This document shows positions 10,581 through 22,639 of a stretch of 40,228 bases of DNA, piece by piece (positions within the stretch are counted from its first letter, which is position 1; every line of letters starts with the position of its first letter). The stretch comes from Trypethelium eluteriae. Its lineage: Eukaryota. Location: assembly GCA_051942245.1 (NCBI GenBank), contig JAVECL010000019.1, positions 62,001 through 102,228 of the forward strand, read 5' to 3'. The notes beneath the pieces are model-generated. The model worked only from the letters and a program-made list of their open reading frames with translations, made no database searches and had not been told where the DNA came from. Made by a program: the position numbers and the translations under genes.

Positions 10581-11288
10581 GTCCAGGGTGAAAGTGCGGT
10601 GTTACAGTATTCCAGAGTATTGCGAACTTTCGAAATGTAATCAGAACTCGCTCTGAGCAATATGGACAATTCGTCAAACAGAAGGTAGCCTCGATCCCCG
10701 GGGAGCGCAGTCGTTATGAGGATTCATCCACCCGGAGTTCAGCTGGCGAGGGCTCAGCCCCGCGCAGATCTCCACCTAGGCAACAGCGCAGCCACCCCAC
10801 GGGTTGGGCTGACAGTCATCAAGGTGAAAGTACAGCACAGAAACCTGCGCCTTACTGCTATCTTGAGGAGAGAGATCCAATGTCACTTTCAACTACTTCT
10901 ATAGCGTAGAACATGCCCAAGACTGTGCTACAGCTGCAGCAATAAGAGCACCTTCGCTATGCCTTGCAATCGAAGAAAACTTGAAGCCAATCTCGTGCAC
11001 CTAAGAAATTTTCTGTTACAAAAAGCAAATTGAAGCAGAAGACGGCATCATCTGCGGTAAGACATTCGTTTTATTTTCACCTAGCTAGCTTAACTAGGAC
11101 GAAAGAGATCAACTCGGCAGGCGCTCGTCATAACGCACATGCTGTTCAGGTAGATCAGGGCTGCATCTGTACGAATCCGCTACTACTTCTGCTAAGTATG
11201 ACTGCGAAGCACAAAACGCACAGCATCGTCAAGAACCGTTCTGTGAGCTAGCCGACCGCGACGTTGAGTCATATTCTGTAGGCGTCGT

Positions 11289-14200
11289 TCATGCGTCGAC
11301 AAGGACGTGTTGGAGCGACAACCGAGAATGGCAATCAGTCCAGTCGAGCGACGGGGAACTTGTGCAAGAAAATGGCTGGGGAGGTATATCAAGTTTTTCG
11401 AGCTTGCTAGCCAAGTTGCAAGCGGCCAAGGGCAGACTGTATGATCGTATACCAGGAGATGGTGGATTCGAAGGTTGCGAGTCTGATAGAGATGCTTCTG
11501 AAGATGTAAGACTTGGAACCGGCGATGGGGAGCGAGACATAGACCGACGAAACGTTGTCGTTCTCGGAACTGCCGTAGGTTCGTTCGAGGACCAGGTACC
11601 ACCACCCACCGTTATGTAATGGTTTGGTTTTGCAAGTGCTTGTTCTTCGCTAGATGGCCTCTTGGCATACCCCCCATTCCTTAATACTCTTCGTTTCGTG
11701 CGAAGACGTCGCTTATTTCCGCTCACACGTGTTAGGAGTAAGGGTGCAGACGGTGCGCTACCTGGTGGTGCAACCTCCACATGGGCATCATCCATCTTCA
11801 AGCCAATTTGTTTGAACACCTCTCGGATTGGTGTGAAAAAAATGAGTCGACCGTTGAAAGCCCACAGCAGTCCAAGAAGATGGTCGTCACTCTTGCCAAT
11901 AATCCAGGCTCCCGAGTCGCCTTGAACATCGTCTACCTCGATATCGTCCTGTCCACAAGGTATAATGCTCCATTCATGTGTCTTTGTCCCATCATGCTGC
12001 GTGGACGATATTGGAAATTGGTTGATCATGCCCTCGCGGTAGCCACTATTGCTTCCTATATAATAAACCATCTCACCTGGCTGAAACTCCCTACTCGCTT
12101 CGCATGACTCTCCAATCCCTTCCGGACTGTTAGCCTCGCGCTCAAAATGTTGGTGACTTAGTTCAATCCCCTTAGGATACCTAAATCTGTTCTTGCCGAG
12201 CCTTTCTTCATCGACTTCGAAGATGGCCCAATCCATGCGATGGAGTTTGACGTTGCCGTCATTCATTCGCGGATAGAAAGGGGTGGCGTGAGCATCTTCG
12301 GCCGAGCTCCTGACGAGTTTACCCAATTTGAAGTCTTCCTTCCTCCTGTTGAGATCTTCACGCCATCGTTCGTAGTGATTCACGAGGCTGAGCTGATCTC
12401 TGGGCACAGTTTCTGCCAAGGCTGACAAATTCACTTCTTCTTCAACCGGCGCTACCTCCGAATTTTCCATCTCCAAATTGAAAGTTCGCAGTCGTTCGTC
12501 AAAAACTTGCCCTAACTGTTTGATGTCGTATAGGGCCGGGGAGTAGACGCTATCGTCAGGAGTCTTGGGGCCAGAGCAATCTATGCATGCGTAAGCCTCG
12601 TCAATGAAATGCCCCACGGTAAGCATGAAAGGTCGTCCCCCAACTAGAATATATCCTCCCAAAGTAGCAAAGAAATGTTCACAGTGACTCGTTCCAATGG
12701 ACGCACTCATTCCTGGTCTCCTATAGTATCGTGATTGGTGAGGGACGATCACTTCGCCAGGAGCGTCGTCGGTAAATGAACCCCCAACAAGAGTCTTCAT
12801 TGTTCCATTATAGAAATAGATTGGGAGCTGGGGCCGATGATTCTCAGAGCATATATTTTTGATGCTTTTTCGAATGATGCTTCTAGTGACATCCGCTTGG
12901 GGCGCAGACTGGAACCGAATGACAGGTACAGGGTCATTATGGGCATCTTTCTGCCTTATCAGTGCTGCTGTGAAAGAATCATTGATCCCAGCACGTCGGG
13001 AGATATCAGACAGCAGGGGATCGATGAATTTCTCCCAAGTTATGACTGCCTCGCTGTCCTCAGAGCGATCAATGGAAAGGATCTCAACCCAATCGGGAGG
13101 ATTTTTCTTCCGTTGTTTCGGGCGAAATTTTCGACCAATTTTCTGGTAGATCCTAGGTCCAGTATCATCCGTTTTAGATTTAACAGAAGAGAGAAGAGAT
13201 CTCACGGGCGCGAGCAGGGGTTCCAACAGCGCTGTCGCTCTCTTTAAGTCATCAAAGGACTGAGCTCCACGTAGATGTATAGCGCCTTTCGTTCGGATGA
13301 AGACGGCAGAGACCTTAAGCTTCCTCAGCTCGCCCATTATTTTTGGCAGCTCTGTCGCTAAAATCAGCATTGTCCTCTCGTAAACCAAGAATTTACGTAC
13401 CAATATGCCCTAACAGGCTACAGATATCTCCTACTCTAATAGAGTCAATCAATGTCGTCTCAAATTGCCACATTTGTGGCTGATTAATGGGCAAAGATGT
13501 GCTCTGTCGAGCCGTGACAATGGCGTTGCGAACATCTCCCAACTCTGCAGCCTGAGAAGACATGAGTGTTGTAGAGCCTGTACTGTCGTCACAATGTGTT
13601 GGTGTGGAGGGTTCATGAAAGACTTCTTTGCGTCGCTTTGATGATGATTCTGATCCATTGTCATTAGGATGTTTCTTGTGATGAGAGAAAACGTCTCGTT
13701 CGTCGCTTGTTTCCTGTGATGGGTAAAGAGATTCTACATTGATGTTAGTGTTTACTCGCATGAATTATTTGCGGATGGTGGTTCCGGAAATGCACTGACC
13801 ATGTTTGGCTTCATCCCTTGTGAACTTCCAAGAGTCATTGGGATGGCTCGTATGCTTCTTCGAGACGTGCCTCTGTAGATCGATAGCTGAAGTAAAAAAC
13901 ACGCCACCGTTTCCCCCAAAGCCACAAGAAGGATTCTGGCATTGGAATTTCCCGTAAAACGATAAATCCGACACACAGTGAATCGACTTGAAATGCCTCT
14001 TAATCTTTTCCTCCCGCCTGAACATTTTGTGCTTGCCTTTTATCATGCATAATCCACAATGATAGCCGGTTTCGAATGGACCGTGGCATTTCTCATGCTC
14101 GTCTCGCTCTATAGAAGTGGGAAAAGTCTGCTTATTGCAATTTTTGTGACCGCATTGGTGTTGCTCAACTAGATGACGTTTTTGGTCTGATAGGCGGCGA

Positions 14201-14781
14201 AAAGTTTTGCCTTCACAGTCGAATGGACATCTCAGTACAGCAGTAGTTAGATCTTGAACATCATCTTGTCCGTCATCAGAACTAGAGGTAGAAGATCTGC
14301 GATCGAAAGCAATTGTATCGTTGTTAGGTTGTAACTCTGATGCACTCGCCGTGTAGTGGGACTCGATAGACGGATCGTTCGGACACTAGCATCATCAGAA
14401 AGTTGTAACTTCAGCTCAGATAAAAGGTTGATTCACAGTAAACTCCCGCTCAAATGGGTTGCTGCTGTGATGCAAAAAGAACGTAGAATTTCTCGAGCTC
14501 TCTTTGGAACTAAAATCAAAGGCCTCTCCCGGTCCCGGAAAGCCTCGCAATGAAGCATCTGAAGAGTTGTCTAGGAGATTGGGCAATTGAGGCGTCCAAC
14601 ACTGGTGTTGGGGATGCGAATATGTGAACTCCACTCCACAAACATGGAACCTGCTTTGGAAATCAAGCTCAGTATCTGCAGAGCCATAGTTCGGTTCGAA
14701 CAGGGATTCCTGAATATCATTGTTCATATTCATTCCAGTAAGAGTTCGCGTATAAGGCACCCAAGCATCAAAAGATCCCAT
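11289..14781 (-). CDS. C2H2 zinc-finger array fused to a trypsin/chymotrypsin-fold (Ssy5/NAL1-like) serine protease, ~1110 aa, 4 predicted exons
   Basis: Exons 14781-14437, 14385-13800, 13733-13401 and 13357-11289 (3333 nt, in frame; introns of 51, 66 and 43 nt). Fingers: CPFDC..HLVEQH, CGHKNC..HEKCH, CGLC..HFKSIH, CQNPSC..HVSKKH. Protease: RPGMSASIG..ATLGGYI..MLTVGHF (His), RMDWAIF (Asp), QGDSGAWI (Ser), LLGLLWA. The first intron has a weak donor (GTGAAT), so exon 1 is the least certain. Confidence 0.75.
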
Positions 14782-16506
14782 AGCCACAAGTCTCAATATT
14801 TGAACTGACGAATGATCTTTTGTATTAGGAGCGGACTGCGCTGGTCTTCATATCATGTAAACAGGAGATCTTGCCTCAGCAGAGAGGGTAACCCCTTCGA
14901 GTCTGGAAAGGCGAATTGGAACATGGTACAAAAACAACACGGCCCACCATCCCACCATCAACGTGAGCCGAAATCGCGCCTCGGCGGGGCGAGGACTAGA
15001 ATCTCAGAGAATGAGCCCCGAGAGTATGCGCTCCCGCTGTTATGAAACGCGTTGCCATTTCAAGTATGTAGTACAGTTGCCAATCAAAGTGGACAAGGCA
15101 GACCCACGGCGCTTCCCACGAATGATCCAGGTTCCGACAGCTCATTGCCTTAAAACGGGTTGTCGAAGTCAGGCGGGTAACGGTATCTAGGTAGGCAAGC
15201 ACTTTGTTTGGCTGCCCGACAGACAGTCGATCACACTAGCGTGCACCGTGTATCACAACCAACAATGCCCCCGGAGGGCAAAAACAATTGCGATCGGACT
15301 GCGCCCCACACTTTCCAGGCATCATCAGACCCACGACCATGGTCTTCTGCCGCCGTGAGATTCACGCGCATTGGCTCAGAGCTGTCACTTGACTGTTGCG
15401 GCGCTGCGCCCACCCGACGCAGCCACGCTGTCATTCAATGATATCTCGCGGAAACAGAGCAAAGACGGCACAGGAGCGGTCCCCAACAGCACTTGCATTG
15501 CTTGCCCCGAGTCTTACCTGCAAAACGGCATGCCTTGTTACCATCGAGTTTAAAGGTATAATTCTCTCGTCCTCAGTTCTGCCGTTTCGTTGTGCGCAGG
15601 TCATACCGTACAAGCTACACGTCAAGACAGCGGTTAGCAGAGCGCTCTCAATTTGACATCGTCAAATCGCTACCGCGGATCTTGTTCCATTGGAGGGAAA
15701 CCCAGGCGGTCCGCGTGTATGTAAGGTTGACAAAATGGCATGTCGGATGGCAAGCATTTGCTTCTTTTGCTACTTCTACTTGATCAGCGTAGAAGATCTG
15801 GGAACTAGGTATTGATTACTTGACCTTGCAGATATGATGTGCCGGAACAGTGTTCATTGAGAATCCAAGCCTCATACGTAAATGACGAGTATGACTTCCT
15901 GACCCTGGTAAGAGTCAATAGACGAGGCGCCTCTCCAGGTGAAGAAAAAGTATCCGATTTTGACACGGACCAGCACTCACCCCAAGATTATTCATTTTTA
16001 GCGGATTTAGGAGGAAATAGGTTAAAAACAAATTTAGTATATATACAATTACTATTACAGGTGATTATATTAGATCTATAGAGCAAATGGCTAAATGAAC
16101 TAATATCAAATCACCGAAGATGATGAGATAAGAGGTCTTGGGGTGGTGGTCCTCTGTATCAAAATTTCACCTGGAGAGGCGCCCGCGCTCCCGGGCGGAG
16201 AACAGTCTTCCGCTTTCCGCCCCGCGCAACCCAGAGAGCCCCAGATTAAGTTAGGTAAATTTTCACTACTTTCTTCTTACAAAGCTGATCGCTTTCGACA
16301 ATTCTGTCGTCACTCCACAACAATGTCTATTGTGAATCCTCTCACGCTCAAATCTGCATTGAAATGTCACATGACCATTCATTGATCACGAGAACTTCGC
16401 TGACATCTCTCATAATCACGTGATATGATTGCCTTCTCTCACACACCGTCACCCTGTCACTCATCCTGACACGCTCTTTATCCAGGATACTTTGGTCTCG
16501 TTAAAT

Positions 16507-17254
16507 ATGGCGCAAATGATTGATTTTTCGAGACTCGAAGACATCGATACTGGTTTGGAACCAAGTCTATACAAGTAGCGAGCAAGCTGACTTCTCCAAA
16601 CTCTGAAAATAGAAGATATGTAGAGCCAGCCTCCGAGCCCTCCATACGTATCGATCCCTCTTCTACCTCGACTCTTCTATCGCGAAGTCTTCACGAGATA
16701 TCCAGACTATACTTTCTACAGTTCACAGATCAATCAGCACTGCGGATTCGAGCGGACCATAGAATTGCGATCTGTGATCCAATGCCGTTTCACTCTTGCC
16801 AACGATCAGAAGCATTTTAATATCTTGATGACTGACTGCCTGGACAACACTTGGAAGAGGCGAGAGATGGGGACTCAGATCATTTTTATCATGGGAGAGA
16901 CTTTCCACGCCGCACGACGTTAACAGATACGTCACGGAACATGGAGATGCCTTAGACTATATCGACTTCAACGTCCAAAAACCGAAAGTTTGGCGACTAT
17001 CGAAGAACGCGGTCCATGAAAAGATACTTGGGGGTGAAATTGAACAACCTTGCACCATCTGCTTCAAAGCTATAATGTTGGGCGATGAAGTGTCACGGAC
17101 AGAGTGCAAGCAAATTTACCATCCTCCGTGTATGGCGGATTGGGCTAACCTGGAATATGCAACCGGTCCCACCTGTCCGGATTGCCAAGCTAGGATTGAG
17201 GAAAATATTGAAGCGCAATCTTTTCGTCACGCTCGAGGCTCTTTCACTCGTTAG
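16507..17254 (+). pseudogene. Decayed RING-H2 finger gene
   Basis: The frame starting at 16832 encodes QPCTICFKAIMLGDEVSRTECKQIYHPPCMADW...GPTCPDCQARI (stop at 17252-17254). This is a RING-H2 with the first His ligand replaced by Gln. The upstream frame from ATG 16507 carries TAG/TGA stops, and a frame change is needed near 16900. Confidence 0.65.
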
Positions 17255-17862
17255 AAACCATAGAGTAGAGTAGCGATCCCCCATCCCATTATCTCTCCAT
17301 CTATGAACGATTCCCTAGGACAGATCCTTCGAGCCTGGCAGCGGTCATCATGTTGTCGATTGCTTCTACGTCTTCAACAGGTCTTGAAGTCAGAGAATGC
17401 ATGGTCTTCTACTTTATAATTACTACCTTCCGGGGCTTCTGGGCACAGGATAAGCTACACGTCACTGCAAGGATCAAGGCATCAAATATCTATGATTGAT
17501 GACATAAACTGAAACCTTAGTTCTCTCTTCTTAGCACGGGATTACTTCACGTGCACTCTTGGCTAAGGTAGGGTACCTAAGTGCTGTCGTAGGCTGAGCC
17601 AACCCACTTTTTGTAGTTGGTCTTACAGACGAGACGGTGTCCTCTAATACAATCTTACAAAATGATGGAATCTCATTTTACGGTGTATTTTGACGTCGTA
17701 TTCCGCAAGCATCGCCCGACTTTGCCATGCCGAGGAGACAATCTTATAGTTCCGTAGATAATGCCGCGGGCTTATGGTTCTCGCCAATATAGTTACGCTG
17801 AAACTCCGAATCTAAAGTTCCGAGTTGAATTATATACAACCAAGAGCACGATTTTCTACAAG

Positions 17863-19761
17863 ATGGCCAAGCATGAAAACTCGTTGGTTTTTCTCCATCC
17901 GCATCTTGAATCTCGACACAAGTCTTCCCGTCCCTCCTGTCGTTCCCATCGTGGCTGTCCTTCCCGAGCCCGCTGTCTCCGACGACGACATCGTCCCCCA
18001 GCGAGTCAAGCACTCCTCCCGACGCATGTCCAGGATCCGATCTCTTCTCCTCCACCGCACGCGCCTCGACGACGAAGTCTGCAACCAGAATTACACCGGC
18101 AGCGGCACCGACGACGACCCCTACATTGTCGACTACCTACACCACGACCGCCAAGACGCCATGAATTTCTCCAAGCAGCGAAAATGGGCCATTACCATTC
18201 TCCAATCGCTGTCCATGTTCGCAGTGACCTTCGCCAGCTCCGTATACGCCAGCGGCATCGAAGGCGTGATGCAGCGCTTCGACGTGTCCGCTGAGGTAGC
18301 GACGCTGGGCTTGTCGCTCTTCGTGTTGGGCTTCGCGCTGGGACCGCTGATCTGGGCGCCGCTGTCGGAGGTGTACGGGCGCAGGTCCATCTTTGTGATC
18401 TCGTACACGGCATACACGGCGTTCAGCGTGGCGGCGGCGTGCGCGCCTAACATCACGGCGTTGCTGGTTCTTCGCTTCTTGGCGAGCGCGTTTGGGTCGT
18501 CGTCGATGACGAATGCTGGGGGCGTCATTGCAGACATGTTCAGCAATATGGAGCGCGGACTGGCGACGGGATTGTTTGCTACGGCTCCCTTTCTGGGACC
18601 TGCATTTGGTATGTGGTGGATGTTCTTCTTCCATGCTGTCATTTTTGTCATTGTTGCCCTTGTACACTTGCAGATTCTTATCTTTTTTTTTTCAGGGCCC
18701 GTTGCTGGTGGTTTTCTTGGCGAGACCCAGGGCTGGCGCTGGATTCTCGGTTTGGTTGCCATACTGGGCGGTGTGACCTGGATCGTCACGACGCTGGTCA
18801 CTCGCGAAACATACGCGCCGTTCATTCTGCGATGTCGAGCCAAAGCCCTCTCCCGGATGACAGGAAGCGTATATATGTCCCGACTCGATGCAGGACAGCC
18901 GCCCAAGACGCTTTCACAGGAGCTCTCGATCGCTTTCACGCGCCCCTTGATTCTTTTGTTCAGCGAACCCATTGTCTTGCTGACGTCGCTGTACATCTCT
19001 ATCATCTACGGCACACTGTACATGTTCTTTGCCGGGTTTCCCATCGTCTTTCAAGTTACTCGAGGCTGGAGCCAGGGCACCGCCGGACTTCCGTTTGTCG
19101 GCGTCGCCATTGGCGTCTGTCTTGCCACGCTGGCGGCCGGCGTGGACAACAAGCGCTACGTGCGCCTGTGCGCGACGGCTGAGGCAGAAGGATGCGCAGT
19201 TGAGCCAGAAGCCAGACTGGGTGCGGCTATGGCAGGCGCAATTGTCCTTCCAATTGGTCTGTTCCTGTTTGCGTGGACGACGTATCCGTCGGTGCACTGG
19301 ATCGTGCCCATTATCGGCGCCATGCTTTTCTCGTGTGGACTTGTCATGGTCTTCATCTCGCTAGTGAGCTATCTTGTCGACTCTTGTACGGTTTTGATCC
19401 TTGCTTCGTGATCCTCTGCAACAATGCACATGCTCACCTGTGTACAGATGTCGTCTATGCTGCTTCTGTGATGGCGGTTAACTCGGTGCTTCGGTCCTTG
19501 TTCGCCACCGGCTTTCCGCTGTTTACCACCCAAATGTACGAGAAACTCGGGAATCAATGGGCGAGCTCCATTCCGGCGTTCCTAGTGCTTGGATGCCTGC
19601 CTTTTCCGTTCCTGTTCCATAAGTATGGTCCGCAGATACGCTCCAAGTGCAAGTATGCTTCCGAAGCAGCAAAGGTGCTGGAGATGATGCGTCGTCGGCA
19701 CGTCGTCGTGATTGGAGGTGAGCCAAATGGGCCAGAGAAGGAGGCTGAACAGGTTGTTTAG
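17863..19761 (+). CDS. MFS multidrug transporter, DHA1 family (12 TM)
   Basis: Motifs: [48 protein letters not shown] (motif A), [43 protein letters not shown]. Introns at 18609-18695 and 19386-19447. The start is uncertain (ATG 17863 with a short intron, or ATG 17873). Confidence 0.93.
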
Positions 19762-20050
19762 TGGAAGCTGGTCCCAACCGTATTTTCTTTTTGATTCCTT
19801 ATAGATAGAGATAGAAGACCCAGGTCAACTCGGCTTGAGCTACCCGGCCATATGTTTCCCATCTTAGTGTAAAGCGAATAAGATGGTTACTATAATGGCC
19901 CAGGTTGTATTATTGCAACTGAACGACGGGAAATTTACAGGGGGAAAAGGATGAATCGATAAGCTCCGTGTGCTAATAGATTCCCATATGGTTAAAATTG
20001 CCCCAAATAATGCATGTGTCTCGGTACCGCCCGTTATTGAGAAACCCATG

Positions 20051-22639
20051 TCAATATCGACCAGTAAAATCCAGTTGCCCAATCTGCCACTCGTCCAGGA
20101 ATTCAAATCCTAGGAAATCCGCATCGAACGACGGAATATACTCACACTGCTCCAATTGGGACGAAACTACGCTGATCTGTGTGTGCGGCGAAGCGTACGC
20201 ATCCGCCATGCTGTTGTCTTGTGACTGCGACTGCGCAGGTCCTTGACCGAGAATGTTGGGCGGAACCAAGGACAAATTTTTCTTGGCAAGAATCTCCTCG
20301 AATATTGGCAGCGCTCTTTTCAGGGCGGGTATATCTTTTCCCTGGGTGAGAACAAGCATTGTCTGGCTGATGGATATCCGAGCCATGGAACGGACGAGGT
20401 CAGTCTCGGCTGGATCGAGGGCCGATTCAATGTGTAGAGCGAGCAGCGCAGTTATCGTGGTAATGCTGACAACCATTGTTAGCTCCATTGGTGCGTTCTA
20501 TGGTGCATGTCTGAAAAATGGGGAAATGGAAAGTAATGGACGGCACCTACAAAGATATGGGAAAGTCCTGAAGGGTACCACTCGTCAACACCCTCATGGC
20601 AATCGTATCCAACTCCAGAATAGCGGATCGAAGCCGCTGTTTGGCCCAATCGCTCCAATCCGCATGTTGGGACTGCTGCCAACAGCGTCGTATCAGACGA
20701 CACAAGATACACTCGAACCTGTAGCTCATGGCTTGAGCATTCAGATAGTACACGTCAGTCCCAGTATTCCCGCCCACGTGCATCTTGGCAGCGAGAGAAC
20801 TGCGCCATGCATCGAGTGGGTGCATCATTTGGCGAGGATCCTGCTGTGGCTTGCTTATCACAGTGGACAAACACTGTCCAACTGAATAGAGTTAGTCATG
20901 CTTATGATATCAGCTACAGATTGATTGAAGATAAAACGCAAAAGGAACAAGAAGAAAGAATCGAATAGCATCAACACGCACATATTTGAGCCAACTCGCA
21001 GTGGACAACAGGCAAGGCCCTTTGCTGAGGCGTGATCGCAGATAGCAAGCCGGATGATGCTCCCGAAACATCCTCCGCTTCGCAGTCATCTTCCGTCCTA
21101 AGCTTGATCGCGGAGGTATTTTCGAGTAGTCGCGAGCGTCTGGTATTGACAAAGACGTGGAAAACGTCTAAAGACTACGTAACCACAGTAAGCAAAAAGC
21201 AGGAAGAACAGAACACGGCAACAAGAAGAGCGACGTACGTAGAGAGCCCACCAGATCCTTCTGTATAACTTTAAGACTTTGCAAGGTTTGTCTTCTTGAA
21301 CACACCTGTCGGAGAGTCAGCAGGCACTAAGCACCCGCAATACATGTCACAGGTGTCATAGCCGAGGAATATGAAACGCACGTGTTACGCAGGTCAAGCT
21401 TGGTAGCAAGACGAATCGCGTTGTGGAACCAGTAGCTAAAGTCCCGGTCAGTGGGGCGGTCGAGAATGACCGTGCATAAGATGATCGATGCCTGCAGCAT
21501 CATCAACGGGTCATCTTCGGCGGCAAAGTCGTGGAGAAGCTTCGCCTTGGAGAAGAACGACTCTTGCGCGGCCGAGCGGCTGGCGAAGCCGCAGGCGGAT
21601 AGCACATCTGCTGGCGCATGGAGACTGGCTGGTGTCAATAGGACGCGGAGCAGAAATAACGAGCAGTCGCCGGATTGATAGCCGCGGATGAAATCAGCTC
21701 CGTCGATCACGGGAGCAAAAGGGTAGACGTGGTCAAAGTATGTCTTGATGAGGGTATCTCTGTTGTTTTTGTCTGTGAGTCGAAGACGAAGACTCAAAGG
21801 AGATGGAGGATGGGGATACAAGATTGTCTTACAAGTGACGGGGAGGAGGTAGATCAAAGACACCCTTCTTGACAAGATATTCATTGTCAATGTCGTCCAA
21901 TTGGGGTAGCTTGGTCCATAGACAATTCCGAGGAGTAAAACTGTCTTCCGGCCTTGGACGGTATGGGGTACTGTGTCGACTGGGTTCTGTAGTTTCTTTC
22001 ACGGCGTCGTTCAGGATATTGAGGTAGAGCAGATCTGGCTCAGTCTGACGTGGGCTTTGGAAGTCTAGGGAATTGGAAGTAGAAGGTTGTTTTGATTGAT
22101 CAGATTGATTGAGACTGTCTGACTGGCTACTGTTGGATGTAGCCGGGATGCCTGTAGTCTGGCAACGGTTAGTGGGACTTCTGAAGGATCGTCGAAGGAG
22201 CAGAAGAAAAGGCCGAGAAAGGAAGCAGCTGGGACAATGCCAATCATCTAAAACATACTCGTACATGGCTGGGAATCGGTAAATCATGTATCACTTTCCT
22301 ATGAGCCGCATCTATGTCAGCATGCACCTAATGGGCCATGAACTATGGACCATCCTATCAGTAATTAACTCACCTGGTTCTACGCTTACGAACTGGCAGT
22401 ACACAGTCCTTGGTACATTGCCTGCTGGTACAGCTGCTGCAGGGGAGACCACTCACGGCGGCATCGCACTTGACCTTGCGTACACGGCAGGGCACACATG
22501 CCTTGTTGGCTTTGTGGGCACGTTTCCCGGTTTCTCCCGCCCTCTGAGGTTCGCCATCAGAAGCAGGACTACTCATTGGAAGGGGAGGGGCGTTTGTTGT
22601 AAAAGGTTTAGGAGTCAGGGTGAGGGCGTTTTCCGACAT
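20051..22639 (-). CDS. Zn(II)2Cys6 transcription factor with fungal-specific TF (middle homology) domain, ~8 exons
   Basis: KANKACVPCRVRKVKCDAAVSGLPCSSCTSRQCTKDCVL (six Cys); LIKTYFDHVYPFAPVID; FFSKAKLLHDF; YWFHNAIRLATKLDL; LYRRIWWALY. Seven GT-AG introns can be placed that keep the frame open to the stop at 20051. The start codon is uncertain. Confidence 0.9.

Noticed and set aside
18609..18695. Extra hydrophobic segment ([12 protein letters not shown]...) in the 528-aa MFS ORF, suggesting an additional TM helix
   Set aside because: It is an 87-nt stop-free intron (GTATGT...poly-T CAG). Removing it restores the conserved GPAFGPVAGGF motif.
18133..19005. 290-aa antisense ORF within the MFS gene
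   Set aside because: Codon-register mirror of the sense gene, with no independent evidence.
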